The notes beneath the pieces are model-generated. The model saw only the letters and a program-made list of their open reading frames with translations. It was not told the DNA's origin and searched no databases. Positions 38,117 to 46,804 of a stretch of 64,000 nt of DNA are shown here, in pieces. How positions within the stretch are numbered: position 1 is the stretch's first letter; each line of letters starts with the position of its first letter. Position numbers and translations under genes: made by a program. This DNA comes from Alphaproteobacteria bacterium. GTDB lineage: Bacteria > Pseudomonadota > Alphaproteobacteria > SP197. Location of the stretch: positions 2,720,001 to 2,784,000 of the forward strand of contig OZ245842.1 in the NCBI GenBank assembly GCA_965228895.1, in the 5' to 3' direction.

Positions 38117-40293
38117 CACAGCGCAGGCTTGGGCGCTGCCTGCTAGGTTTCGTTGCCACGCTGTTGTTGTGGCTGCCGCAAGGTGGCCTGGCACAGGACG
38201 ACGGCGGCAGCCTTCTGGACGCCGGCAGCCTGAGCGACAACGTCGTCTTGCAGGCCGACGAGATCCGCTATGACCAGGCGCTACAGATCGTTACGGCCAG
38301 CGGCAACGTCGAGATCGCCAGCGCCGGGCGCATTCTTCAGGCCGATACCATCTCCTACAACCAAAACACCGATATCGTAACGGCGTCCGGCAACATCGTG
38401 CTGCTGGAACCGACCGGCGAAGTGTTCTTCTCCGATTATGTCGAGTTAACCGGCGACTTGAAGAGCGGTGTCATCAGCGGGATACGCATCTTGCTTGACG
38501 ACAACACACGCGTCGCCGCCAACGGCGCGCGGCGCACCGGCGGCGTCGTCACCGAGATGCGCAAGGGCGTCTACAGTCCGTGCGATCTTTGTGAGGACGA
38601 CCCCAACGCCGCACCGCTGTGGCAGGTCAAGGCGGTCAAGATCGTTCATAATCAGGAAACGCGCGACGTCGAATACTACGACACCTTCTTTGAAGTGTTC
38701 GGCGTTCCCATCGGGTACTCGCCCTACTTCCGCCACCCCGACCCGACCGTCAAACGGCGCAGCGGTTTTCTGGCGCCCAGCTACGGCTCGAACAGCAATC
38801 TGGGGCTGATCCTGAACGTCCCCTATTACTTCAACCTGGCGCCCAACCGCGACGCCACGCTGACCACCATGCTGCTGACCAAGGAAGCGCCGGTCTTCCT
38901 GGGCGAGTACCGGGCCTTGACGGGCGCAGGCGGCTACTGGCTCGACGGCGCGTTGACCTATGCCGAAGCGCGCGACAATACCGGCGAGGAACTGGACGGC
39001 AACGAGTTCCGCTATTTCATCAAGGGCGATGGGCAGTGGGACTACGACAGTACGTGGCGCTACGGCTTCGACCTTTACCGTAGCTCCGACGACACGTTCC
39101 TCGATCGCTACAACTTCGACAACGTCGACACGCTGACGTCCGACGTCTACGTCGAGGGTTTCCGCAACCGCTCCTATGCGTCGGCGTCTTCTTACGTCTT
39201 TCAGGGACTGCGCGCGAGCGACGATCAGGATCAGATCCCCGTCGTGCTGCCCTGGCTCGACTATCAGTTGGTAACGAACCCCGCAGCCGATGGCAGCTTC
39301 TTCACGCTCGACGCCAGCGCGCTGGCGCTGACGCGCCAGGAAGGCACCGACACGCAACGCGTCTCCGTCGGCGCCGCGTACGAAATGCCCTATCTTGCCG
39401 ATGACGGTCAACTCCTGACCTTCAGGGCTTCAGTCCGGGGCGACGGCTATAACGTCAACGATGTCGCTGTCGGCAATGGCCAGCCAAACGAGGATGGCTT
39501 TGATGGCCGCATTTGGCCCGTGGCCTCACTTGAATGGCGCTATCCGTTTGTTCGTCAGTCCGGCGGCATTCAGCAGGTCATCGAACCGATCGTCATGGGC
39601 GTCATCAGCCCCAACGGCGGCAATCCATCAGGCATCCCCAACGAAGACAGCCAGGATTTCGAGTTCGACGACATCAACCTGTTCTCGGAGAATCGCTTCC
39701 CCGGCATCGACCGTGTCGAGGGCGGCCCAAGGATCAACTACGGTATTCGCCTGGGGGCTTTCGGCGCCAACGGCGGTCGTACTGAAGTTCTGGTTGGGCA
39801 AGTCTACCGCGCCCGGGTCGACGATACGTTCTCGCCCGGCACGGGTCTGGACTCGCACTTCTCCCACTTTGTCGGCCGTGTACTGGTCAGCCCCAACCAG
39901 TATCTTGATCTGCTCTATCGGTTCCGTATCGACAACGAGAGCTTCGCCGTGCGGCGCAGCGAACTGGGCTTCACCGCAGGTCCCGACTGGCTGCGCGTCA
40001 GCGCGACCTATGTTCGCTTGAAAGACGATCCCAACCTTGTCGTCGACACGACGGAGGAACGTGAGCAGCTCTTCACCAGTGCGATCCTCAACTTTGGCGA
40101 CGGCTGGTCAGCGACCGGCAATTGGCGCGAGGATTTGACCGGCGCCGGCACCATCTCCTACGGCGCCGGTCTGCTCTATGAAAACGAGTGCATCGTCATC
40201 GAGGCCGGCGTCGATCGCAGCTTTACCGAGAATCGCGATGTTCAGCCGGATACGACCTTCCTGGTGACGATCCGCCTGAAGCAACTGGGCTAG
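38113..40293 (+). CDS. lptD: LPS assembly protein LptD
   Basis: AD.I.Y, A.GNV, YSPC..C, P.W...A, DPTVKRRSGFL.P, NEDS..FEFD..NLFS.NRF.G.DR.EGG, Y.NEC. Confidence 0.94.
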   Translation: MTQRRLGRCLLGFVATLLLWLPQGGLAQDDGGSLLDAGSLSDNVVLQADEIRYDQALQIVTASGNVEIASAGRILQADTISYNQNTDIVTASGNIVLLEPTGEVFFSDYVELTGDLKSGVISGIRILLDDNTRVAANGARRTGGVVTEMRKGVYSPCDLCEDDPNAAPLWQVKAVKIVHNQETRDVEYYDTFFEVFGVPIGYSPYFRHPDPTVKRRSGFLAPSYGSNSNLGLILNVPYYFNLAPNRDATLTTMLLTKEAPVFLGEYRALTGAGGYWLDGALTYAEARDNTGEELDGNEFRYFIKGDGQWDYDSTWRYGFDLYRSSDDTFLDRYNFDNVDTLTSDVYVEGFRNRSYASASSYVFQGLRASDDQDQIPVVLPWLDYQLVTNPAADGSFFTLDASALALTRQEGTDTQRVSVGAAYEMPYLADDGQLLTFRASVRGDGYNVNDVAVGNGQPNEDGFDGRIWPVASLEWRYPFVRQSGGIQQVIEPIVMGVISPNGGNPSGIPNEDSQDFEFDDINLFSENRFPGIDRVEGGPRINYGIRLGAFGANGGRTEVLVGQVYRARVDDTFSPGTGLDSHFSHFVGRVLVSPNQYLDLLYRFRIDNESFAVRRSELGFTAGPDWLRVSATYVRLKDDPNLVVDTTEEREQLFTSAILNFGDGWSATGNWREDLTGAGTISYGAGLLYENECIVIEAGVDRSFTENRDVQPDTTFLVTIRLKQLG

Positions 40294-40363
40294 CTTCCGA
40301 TGCCTGCCTTGATTTCACCCAACTTCTTGTAACAAGGTCTGTCCCCGGGAAACGCCATAAACA

Positions 40364-41632
40364 ATGTCCGCGAGCAAAACCTTCATTCGTAGCGTCGCCT
40401 CCATCGTCCTGATTGTGGCCATATCTGTCATGGCGCCGTCCGCGCGTGCGCAGGACTCAATCCGCATCGCGGCGGTCGTCAACGACCACGCAATTTCTGT
40501 TCTGGACGTGTTCGAGCGCATGGCGATCGTCTTCGTGACCGCAAACCTGGAGGACACCCAAGAAATTCGCCAACGCCTGTTTCCCCAGGTGCTGCGCACC
40601 TTGATCGACGAACGCCTGCAGATTCAGGAGGGCGAGCGGATCGGATACACCGTGAGCGAGGGACAACTGACCGCGGCGGCACAGCTTGTTGAGCAATCCC
40701 TTGGTCTGCAACCTGGCCAGCTGGACTCCTATCTGTCATTCAACCGCCTGAGCCGCGATGCGCTGATGAGCGAGCTGGAAGCAGAGATCATGTGGACGCG
40801 TTTGGTTCAAGATCGGATGCGCGACGACAATATTTCCGACGAAGAGGTCACCGAGATTCTGGAGCGCATCGAGGCAAGCTCCAACGAGCGCTCGTTTCTG
40901 TTGGCCGAGATTTTCCTCGCCGTCGACGAGCCAGAACGCGAAGGTGAGATTCTGGCCAATGCGCAACGCCTGGCGGAGGCACTGCGCTCCGGCGCAAGCT
41001 TCTCCGCCATCGCTCGTCAGTTCTCGCAAAGCGCCAGCAGCGCGACCGGCGGCGATCTGGGGTGGATCTTCGAGACCCAGTTGACGGATGAACTGCGCAG
41101 CGTCGTAACGCAAATGCCCGTGGGATCGCTGTCCCAGCCCATTCGCGTCATCGGCGGGTATGCCCTGGTGCTGTTGCGTGACGAACGCGTCGGCTTCGGC
41201 GCCACCGATCCGGATCCACCGATTGTTATGCGCCAGGCGTTGCTGCCGGTCCAGGCAGCGGCGACCGAGGAGGAACTGAGCCTTCAGGCAGCGGAAATCA
41301 AAGAGGCCATTGCCACTTGTGATGATCTGGATACGCTGGCCGCCAGCTTTCCCGCCGCACAATTCAGCCCGCCCATCACGCTGCGCATGAGCGAGTTGCA
41401 GCCGGTTTTCACGGATACAGTGAACAGCCTGCCGACCGGGCAGCCGTCCGAACCGGTCCGCACCGAGCTTGGCTACCACATTGTCCTTGTCTGCGAACGT
41501 TCGGAGTCATCAGGGGGGCTGCCCACGCGTCAGGAAATTCGTCAGACACTTGAAGACGAACAGTTCGACCTGGTCTCGCGCGGCTATCTCCGCGACCTCC
41601 GGCGCCAGGCGTTTGTCGACATCCGCATCTAG
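40364..41632 (+). CDS. surA: SurA-like periplasmic peptidyl-prolyl isomerase/chaperone
   Basis: IAAVVN...IS, LIDE.LQ.QE, F...ARQFS.S.S...GGDLGW, YLRDLRR.A..DIR. Confidence 0.9.
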   Translation: MSASKTFIRSVASIVLIVAISVMAPSARAQDSIRIAAVVNDHAISVLDVFERMAIVFVTANLEDTQEIRQRLFPQVLRTLIDERLQIQEGERIGYTVSEGQLTAAAQLVEQSLGLQPGQLDSYLSFNRLSRDALMSELEAEIMWTRLVQDRMRDDNISDEEVTEILERIEASSNERSFLLAEIFLAVDEPEREGEILANAQRLAEALRSGASFSAIARQFSQSASSATGGDLGWIFETQLTDELRSVVTQMPVGSLSQPIRVIGGYALVLLRDERVGFGATDPDPPIVMRQALLPVQAAATEEELSLQAAEIKEAIATCDDLDTLAASFPAAQFSPPITLRMSELQPVFTDTVNSLPTGQPSEPVRTELGYHIVLVCERSESSGGLPTRQEIRQTLEDEQFDLVSRGYLRDLRRQAFVDIRI

Positions 41633-41656
41633 GGCCCGGATGCGGCGCGCTGGGCT

Positions 41657-42532
41657 GTGAACCCCGACAACCAGACGGCGCTCGACAATCTGCCGCCGCT
41701 TCGCGACGTCATTGCCCGCCACGGCTTGGCGGCGCGCAAGTCGCTGGGGCAAAACTTTCTGCTCGACGAGAACCTGCTGGATCGGATTGCGCGTGCCGCC
41801 GGGCCGCTCAACGACGCGCACGTGGTCGAGGTCGGCCCCGGTCCGGGCGGCCTGACCCGTGCCCTGCTGCGCGCGGGCGCACGCCGCGTCACGGCCATCG
41901 AAAAAGACCGTCGCGCCATCGCCGCGCTCGACGAACTCGCGGCTCTAGCAGGCGGACGCTTGACGATCATGGAAGGCGACGCGCTCGGCACGCCACTGTC
42001 CGGTCTGGCCGACCAGCCGCTGACCGTCGTCGCCAACCTGCCTTTTAACATCGCGACCCCACTGCTGATGTCGTGGCTGGAGGCGGCCGAACCGATTGCC
42101 TCGATGACCTTGATGTTCCAGCGCGAAGTCGCGGCCCGGTTGACCGCCAAGCCACGCACCAAGGACTATGGCCGGCTGGCGGTCGCGGCGCAGTGGCGCT
42201 GTTTGGTCAAGCGATGTTTCGACGTACCGCCGCGCGCCTTCGTGCCCCAACCCAAGGTCGCGGCCAGCGTGGTTCACCTGGATGTCATGGCCGCACCGGT
42301 CTTCCCGGCCGATTCCCGGTGCTTGGCGGCAATCGTCAAGGCGGCCTTTGGCCAGCGCCGGAAAGCCTTGCGCAATGCCTTGGGCGCGCTCGTCGATGAT
42401 CCCTTGAGCCTGCTCGAAACCGCCGACATTGACCCTGGAAGGCGGGCCGAAGAGCTGGAAATTGAGGAATTCGCGCGTTTGGCGCGTGCCTATGAAGCCA
42501 TCGCGCACAAACCGATTGGCGCAGACGGCTAG
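41657..42532 (+). CDS. rsmA: 16S rRNA (adenine1518/1519-N6)-dimethyltransferase
   Basis: LPPLRDVI, KSLGQNFL, EVGPGPGGLT, ANLPFNIAT, MFQREVA.R, AFGQRRK.LR. Confidence 0.97.
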   Translation: MNPDNQTALDNLPPLRDVIARHGLAARKSLGQNFLLDENLLDRIARAAGPLNDAHVVEVGPGPGGLTRALLRAGARRVTAIEKDRRAIAALDELAALAGGRLTIMEGDALGTPLSGLADQPLTVVANLPFNIATPLLMSWLEAAEPIASMTLMFQREVAARLTAKPRTKDYGRLAVAAQWRCLVKRCFDVPPRAFVPQPKVAASVVHLDVMAAPVFPADSRCLAAIVKAAFGQRRKALRNALGALVDDPLSLLETADIDPGRRAEELEIEEFARLARAYEAIAHKPIGADG

Positions 42533-42576
42533 TTGATGTAAATCGCTACCGCTTCTTGACGAAACCGGAAACGGCC

Positions 42577-42678
42577 ATGACCGCCAGCCTTGCCATCGGA
42601 CGACGACGACGACGCGCTCTTCTTGGGCGTGCGGCCGTGCGTCTTGGCGTTGGTGGTATGGCATCCCTTACCGGATGA
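42577..42678 (+). CDS. candidate leader peptide (33 aa, MTASLAIGRRRRRALLGRAAVRLGVGGMASLTG)
   Basis: ATG 42577 to TGA 42676-42678; CGA CGA CGA CGA CGC run; the stop lies in the hairpin loop; no clear RBS. Confidence 0.3.
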   Translation: MTASLAIGRRRRRALLGRAAVRLGVGGMASLTG

Positions 42679-42710
42679 TCACTCCGGCGCGGGTCGATCG
42701 GCAGCCGCTT
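42595..42710 (+). ncRNA. speF-leader-like cis-regulatory RNA
   Basis: ACGACGACGAC run, GGCATCCCTT, hairpin CCGGA-TGATCAC-TCCGG and GCGGGTCGATCGGCAGCCGC, directly upstream of a GNAT gene. These resemble, from memory, the alphaproteobacterial speF leader; not searched. Confidence 0.6.
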
Positions 42711-42750
42711 GGCGTGCTGGCATAGATTCGACGACCCGGAGTTTCAGACC

Positions 42751-43272
42751 TTGTTTCACATTATCGAAGAACGGCTCTCAGACGAGGAAGCCGTAAAGAC
42801 GTTGGCGCGGCTTGCGCTTGGCAACCGGATGACGGACAGCCCGGCGGCACGCCTGCGTGCGGCAAGCGCTCCGGTACCGGGGCTTAGCCTGGTCGCGCTC
42901 GAAAACGACGATCTCGTCGGTACGATTCGGTTCTGGCCGGTGATGATCGGCGCCGGCGTCAAGGCGGTCCAACTGGGTCCGGTTGCGATCGAACCCAGCC
43001 ATCGCGGCCGTGGCATCAGCCGCCTGTTGATCCGCTATGGCCTGGAGCGTGCGCAGGCCCAAGGGCACCGCATCGTCGTCTTGATCGGCGAACACGCGAT
43101 CTATGAACGTTACGGCTTTAGACCCGCCGCGCCACTGGGCATCACGCTTGCCGAATACGAAGACCGCGATCGCCTGCAAGTCCTGGGCCTTGCGCCAGGC
43201 GTTCTTGACGGCCTTCGAGGCTGCGTTCGCCCCGACGACACCTTCGATGCCGACGACCGGCGTTTCGCCTGA
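42751..43272 (+). CDS. GNAT family N-acetyltransferase (YhbS-like)
   Basis: RLR....PVPGLSLVA, LVGTIRFWPV, LGPVAI.P..RGRGI...LI, LIG....YERYGF; TTG 42751 after GGAG. Confidence 0.88.
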   Translation: MFHIIEERLSDEEAVKTLARLALGNRMTDSPAARLRAASAPVPGLSLVALENDDLVGTIRFWPVMIGAGVKAVQLGPVAIEPSHRGRGISRLLIRYGLERAQAQGHRIVVLIGEHAIYERYGFRPAAPLGITLAEYEDRDRLQVLGLAPGVLDGLRGCVRPDDTFDADDRRFA

Positions 43273-43281
43273 GGTTTGTTG

Positions 43282-43932
43282 CTAACCCTCGTCCAGCTCG
43301 CGACTCATCTCGCTGATGAACGCGCCCAGACCGACTTGGCGCTCCCGGCGCAGACGCTCGGCGCGCAGGATGTCGCGGACGCTTTCAACCGACGTGTCGA
43401 GATCCTGGTTGATGACGACGTAGTCGTACTCGCTCCATCGCGACATTTCGTCACTGGCACGGCTCATACGGTGCAACACGACGTCTTCAGGATCGGATGC
43501 GCGGCTGCGCAAACGATCGTGCAATTCGCTCGCAGATGGCGGCAGGACGAAAACTTGCACCAGGTCCGAAGGCATGCGCTCGCGCAGTTGCTGGGCGCCC
43601 TGCCAATCGACATCGAACAGGATGTCCTGGCCGGCAACCAACGCAGCCTCGACCGGCGCGCGTGGCGTGCCATAGCTGTGGCCAAAGACCGTCGCATGTT
43701 CCAGCAAGTCCCCGTTCTTCACCATGGCCGCAAAGGACCCGTCGTCGATAAAATGATAATGCGTTCCGTCTTCCTCGCCGGGCCGCATGGGGCGCGTGGT
43801 GACCGAAACCGAGAGGATCAGATTGTCTTCACTCTCAAGCAGAGCCGCTGCAATCGTGGACTTGCCCGCCCCCGATGGCGATGACAGGACCAGGAGCAAA
43901 CCGCGGCGCTGGACGAGATTACCGTTCATCAT
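43282..43932 (-). CDS. gmk: guanylate kinase
   Basis: RRGLLLVLSSPSGAGKST, SVSVTTR..RPGE.DG..YHF, YGTP, FDVDWQG, EYDYV.IN. Confidence 0.97.
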   Translation of the reverse strand: MMNGNLVQRRGLLLVLSSPSGAGKSTIAAALLESEDNLILSVSVTTRPMRPGEEDGTHYHFIDDGSFAAMVKNGDLLEHATVFGHSYGTPRAPVEAALVAGQDILFDVDWQGAQQLRERMPSDLVQVFVLPPSASELHDRLRSRASDPEDVVLHRMSRASDEMSRWSEYDYVVINQDLDTSVESVRDILRAERLRRERQVGLGAFISEMSRELDEG

Positions 43933-44813
43933 TCGACATTCAGAACCTGTTCGCGCAACCGGTCGATGGCGACCTTCATATCAAGTCCGATCGCCGTCAG
44001 ATCGCTATCGGACGATTTGGAACACAGCGTGTTGGCCTCGCGGAGCAGTTCCTGGCACAGGAAACCAAGGCGCCGACCGGGCGCTTCGTCGCCGCCGAGC
44101 AAGTCGCGAAACGCTGTGATGTGACTGTCAAGTCGATCCAGTTCCTCACGGATATCAGCCTTGGTCGTCAAAAGCGCGATCTCCTGGGCCAGGCGTTCGT
44201 CCGGCACAGGCGTATCATCGCCCAGCAGTTCATCCACCTGCTCGTGCAGGCGATCGCGAATCGCCTGGGGTTGCGCCGCCTCGTGGTCGCGCGCCTGGCT
44301 GACGCCCGACGCGATATCGTCAAGCAGTCCCTCCAGAACCGCCTTGAGGCGGGCGCCTTCGTTGGATCGGGCCTCGACCAGCGAATCCAGCAACTCGGTC
44401 AAAGAGCCGACCATGGCGGCGTGGCGGGCATCGCGTGCTTCTGGATCTTCCGACGTATCGGTCTCCAACACGCCGGGCAACCGCATCAGGCCGTCGACAC
44501 TGGGCGGCGATAACGATTCGCGCTCGGCCAGATCGCGCGCGACCGCCAGCACCGCGTCCAATGCGTCGCGGTTTACCGTCAACGGCACCGCCGCCCGGTT
44601 GGTGTCGATGCTGAGCGAGAGCGAGACATTGCCGCGGTTCAGACGCCCGGTGACCGCTTCGCGGGCTTGCGGCTCCAGCGCATCGTAACCCGACGGCAAA
44701 CGGCAGCGGACGTCCAGGCCCTTGCCGTTCACGGTACGCGCTTCCCAGATCCACGACACCGTACCGTCGCCACCTTCGGCGCGGCCAAATCCTGTCATGC
44801 TTTGCAGTGCCAC
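43929..44813 (-). CDS. YicC/YloC family endoribonuclease
   Basis: SMTGFGR, WE.R.VN.KGLD.R, RL.QE..LL..KADIREELDRL, GRRL.FL.QE..REANTL.SKS, REQV.NVE. Confidence 0.93.
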   Translation of the reverse strand: MALQSMTGFGRAEGGDGTVSWIWEARTVNGKGLDVRCRLPSGYDALEPQAREAVTGRLNRGNVSLSLSIDTNRAAVPLTVNRDALDAVLAVARDLAERESLSPPSVDGLMRLPGVLETDTSEDPEARDARHAAMVGSLTELLDSLVEARSNEGARLKAVLEGLLDDIASGVSQARDHEAAQPQAIRDRLHEQVDELLGDDTPVPDERLAQEIALLTTKADIREELDRLDSHITAFRDLLGGDEAPGRRLGFLCQELLREANTLCSKSSDSDLTAIGLDMKVAIDRLREQVLNVE

Positions 44814-44915
44814 GGCTGTCCCCGTTCGCCGCCGACGGAAGGGTGGGTGCCGGTGAACCGGCGGCACCTGTATATACTCAGGCGCCATGAACCAACAAGG
44901 CCACCAGCCCGTTCT

Positions 44916-45698
44916 ATGCCCGCCATCTTGATCACCGGTGCCAGCAGCGGCATTGGCGCTGCCCTCGCAAGAACCTATGCCGAGCCGGGCACGACCCTAT
45001 TCCTGGGCGGACGCGACATCGACCGCCTGCATGCGGTCGCTGAGAGCTGCAGGCGCGATGGCGCGGCCGTAGAAACCGCCGCCCATGACGTGACCGACCG
45101 CGACGCCATGGCGAACTGGGTACGTGCCTGTGACGACCAAGCCCCGCTGACGCTCGCTATCGCCAATGCCGGCATCTCGGCCGGCACAGGCGGCGCGGGC
45201 GAAGGCGCCGACCAGGCGCGCCATGTCTTCACCGTCAATGTCGACGGCACCATTAACACGCTTATGCCAGCCCTCGACGCGATGCGGCCACGACAAGCCG
45301 GCCAACTCGCCGTCATGGCCTCGCTTGCGGGGTTTCGTGGCTTTCCCGGCGCGCCCGCCTATTGCGGCAGCAAGGCAGCCGTCAAGGTTTGGGGCGAGGC
45401 ACTGCGAGGTTGGGTGGCCGCCGACGGCATTGGCGTCAGTGTCATCTGCCCGGGCTTCATCAAAACGCCCATGAGCGACGGCAATCCCTATCCCATGCCG
45501 TTTCTCATGGAAGCCGACAAGGCCGCGCGGATCATCCGCCGCGGGCTGACACGGAACCGCGCGCGTATCGCGTTCCCCCTGCCCGTCTATCTGGCGGCGC
45601 TTGCCGCCGGCGCCCTGCCGCCAGCCTGGACCGACCGGCTGTTTCGCGGCATGCCCCGCAAACCGTCAGCGCCGATCAAAATTGATCAAGGAGATTAG
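44916..45698 (+). CDS. SDR family oxidoreductase
   Basis: ILITGASSGIG, IANAG, ASLAG, YCGSK catalytic motif, ICPGFIKTPM, MPF. Confidence 0.92.
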   Translation: MPAILITGASSGIGAALARTYAEPGTTLFLGGRDIDRLHAVAESCRRDGAAVETAAHDVTDRDAMANWVRACDDQAPLTLAIANAGISAGTGGAGEGADQARHVFTVNVDGTINTLMPALDAMRPRQAGQLAVMASLAGFRGFPGAPAYCGSKAAVKVWGEALRGWVAADGIGVSVICPGFIKTPMSDGNPYPMPFLMEADKAARIIRRGLTRNRARIAFPLPVYLAALAAGALPPAWTDRLFRGMPRKPSAPIKIDQGD

Positions 45699-45728
45699 GT
45701 TTCTCTATTAATAGATTGTTTTATTTGG

Positions 45729-46793
45729 CTAATTATCTTGATCTCTCAACCATTTTCTATAGGCCGCAACGTTGTCGTTGTGTTCGGGCAGCGTGCGAGC
45801 GAAGGCGTGCCCGCCGGTACCGTCGGCCACAAAATAGAGATCATCGGTGTCCAGCGGGTGCAGGACGGCATAGATCGCATCATAGCCGGGATTGGCAATC
45901 GGACCCGGCGGCAAGCCGGCATAACGATAGGTATTGTAGGCGTCGTCGACTTCCAGATCGTCGTACGTCAACCCGCGGCCAAGGTCGCCATCACCTCCGG
46001 TGAGCGCATAGATGACGGTCGGATCGGACTGCAGCCGCATGTTTCGGGCGAGGCGGTTAAAGAAGACGCCGGCAATATGGGCCCGCTCCTCCGGTACGCC
46101 GGTCTCCTTTTCGACAATTGACGCCAGAATAAGCGCCTCCTCAGGCGATTCGAGGTTCACGTCGGGGTCGCGCCCCTGCCACAGTGCCTCGAGTGTCCCG
46201 GTCATTGCGGACGCCATGCGCTGGACGACGGCGGTGCGGGTATCGCCGAGCTCATAGTGATAGGTCTCGGGCAGCAAAGCGCCTTCGACGGGCTCGCTCT
46301 CGATTTCGCCCGTCAAACCATCGGCGGTGCGAACCAGGTCCAAGACGGCGGCGGTTGTCAGGCCTTCGGGCACGCTGATCTTGCGCACCACGGTACGGCC
46401 CTCTGAAAGGTGATCGACGACCTCATCGAGCGACTGGCCGGGCACGAAGACATATTCGCCGGCCTTCAACTCCCGACCTTCCCCGCGCCACCTTACGCGC
46501 AGCACCATCAGCAATGGATCGTTGATGACACCGGCATCGGCCAGTTGATCGGCGATGTCGTCGACGCCTGCGCCACGCGGGATAACGAGGGTCGTCTCGG
46601 ATTCAAGGGGACCCGGACTGCGGGCCTGCTGGTCGAACCACAGGAAAGCCGCGACCGCACCGACCGCGAGCAATGCCAGAACCGAAAAGAACCCGCCAAC
46701 CAGCCGATTGAAGGCACCGGGCTTGCGAACGGGTTTGGCCGCCGGGCGGCCGTCTCCATTCGCTTGCTGCTGATCGTCGTTGACGGGAGGCAG
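45729..46793 (-). CDS. mltG: endolytic transglycosylase MltG
   Basis: N-terminal TM, LKAGEY, PEGLT, EG.LLPETY, LASIVEKET, LQSDPTVIY, YNTY...GLPPGPIANPG, LYFVADGTGGH.F. Start uncertain; a CTG at 46793 is proposed. Confidence 0.93.
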   Translation of the reverse strand: MPPVNDDQQQANGDGRPAAKPVRKPGAFNRLVGGFFSVLALLAVGAVAAFLWFDQQARSPGPLESETTLVIPRGAGVDDIADQLADAGVINDPLLMVLRVRWRGEGRELKAGEYVFVPGQSLDEVVDHLSEGRTVVRKISVPEGLTTAAVLDLVRTADGLTGEIESEPVEGALLPETYHYELGDTRTAVVQRMASAMTGTLEALWQGRDPDVNLESPEEALILASIVEKETGVPEERAHIAGVFFNRLARNMRLQSDPTVIYALTGGDGDLGRGLTYDDLEVDDAYNTYRYAGLPPGPIANPGYDAIYAVLHPLDTDDLYFVADGTGGHAFARTLPEHNDNVAAYRKWLRDQDN

Positions 46794-46804
46794 GAACTTA
46801 CCCT

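Noticed and set aside
42590-42796. ORF-track 68-aa ORF (MPSDDDDD...)
   Set aside because: Overlaps the GNAT start out of frame and has no RBS; better explained as the leader RNA region
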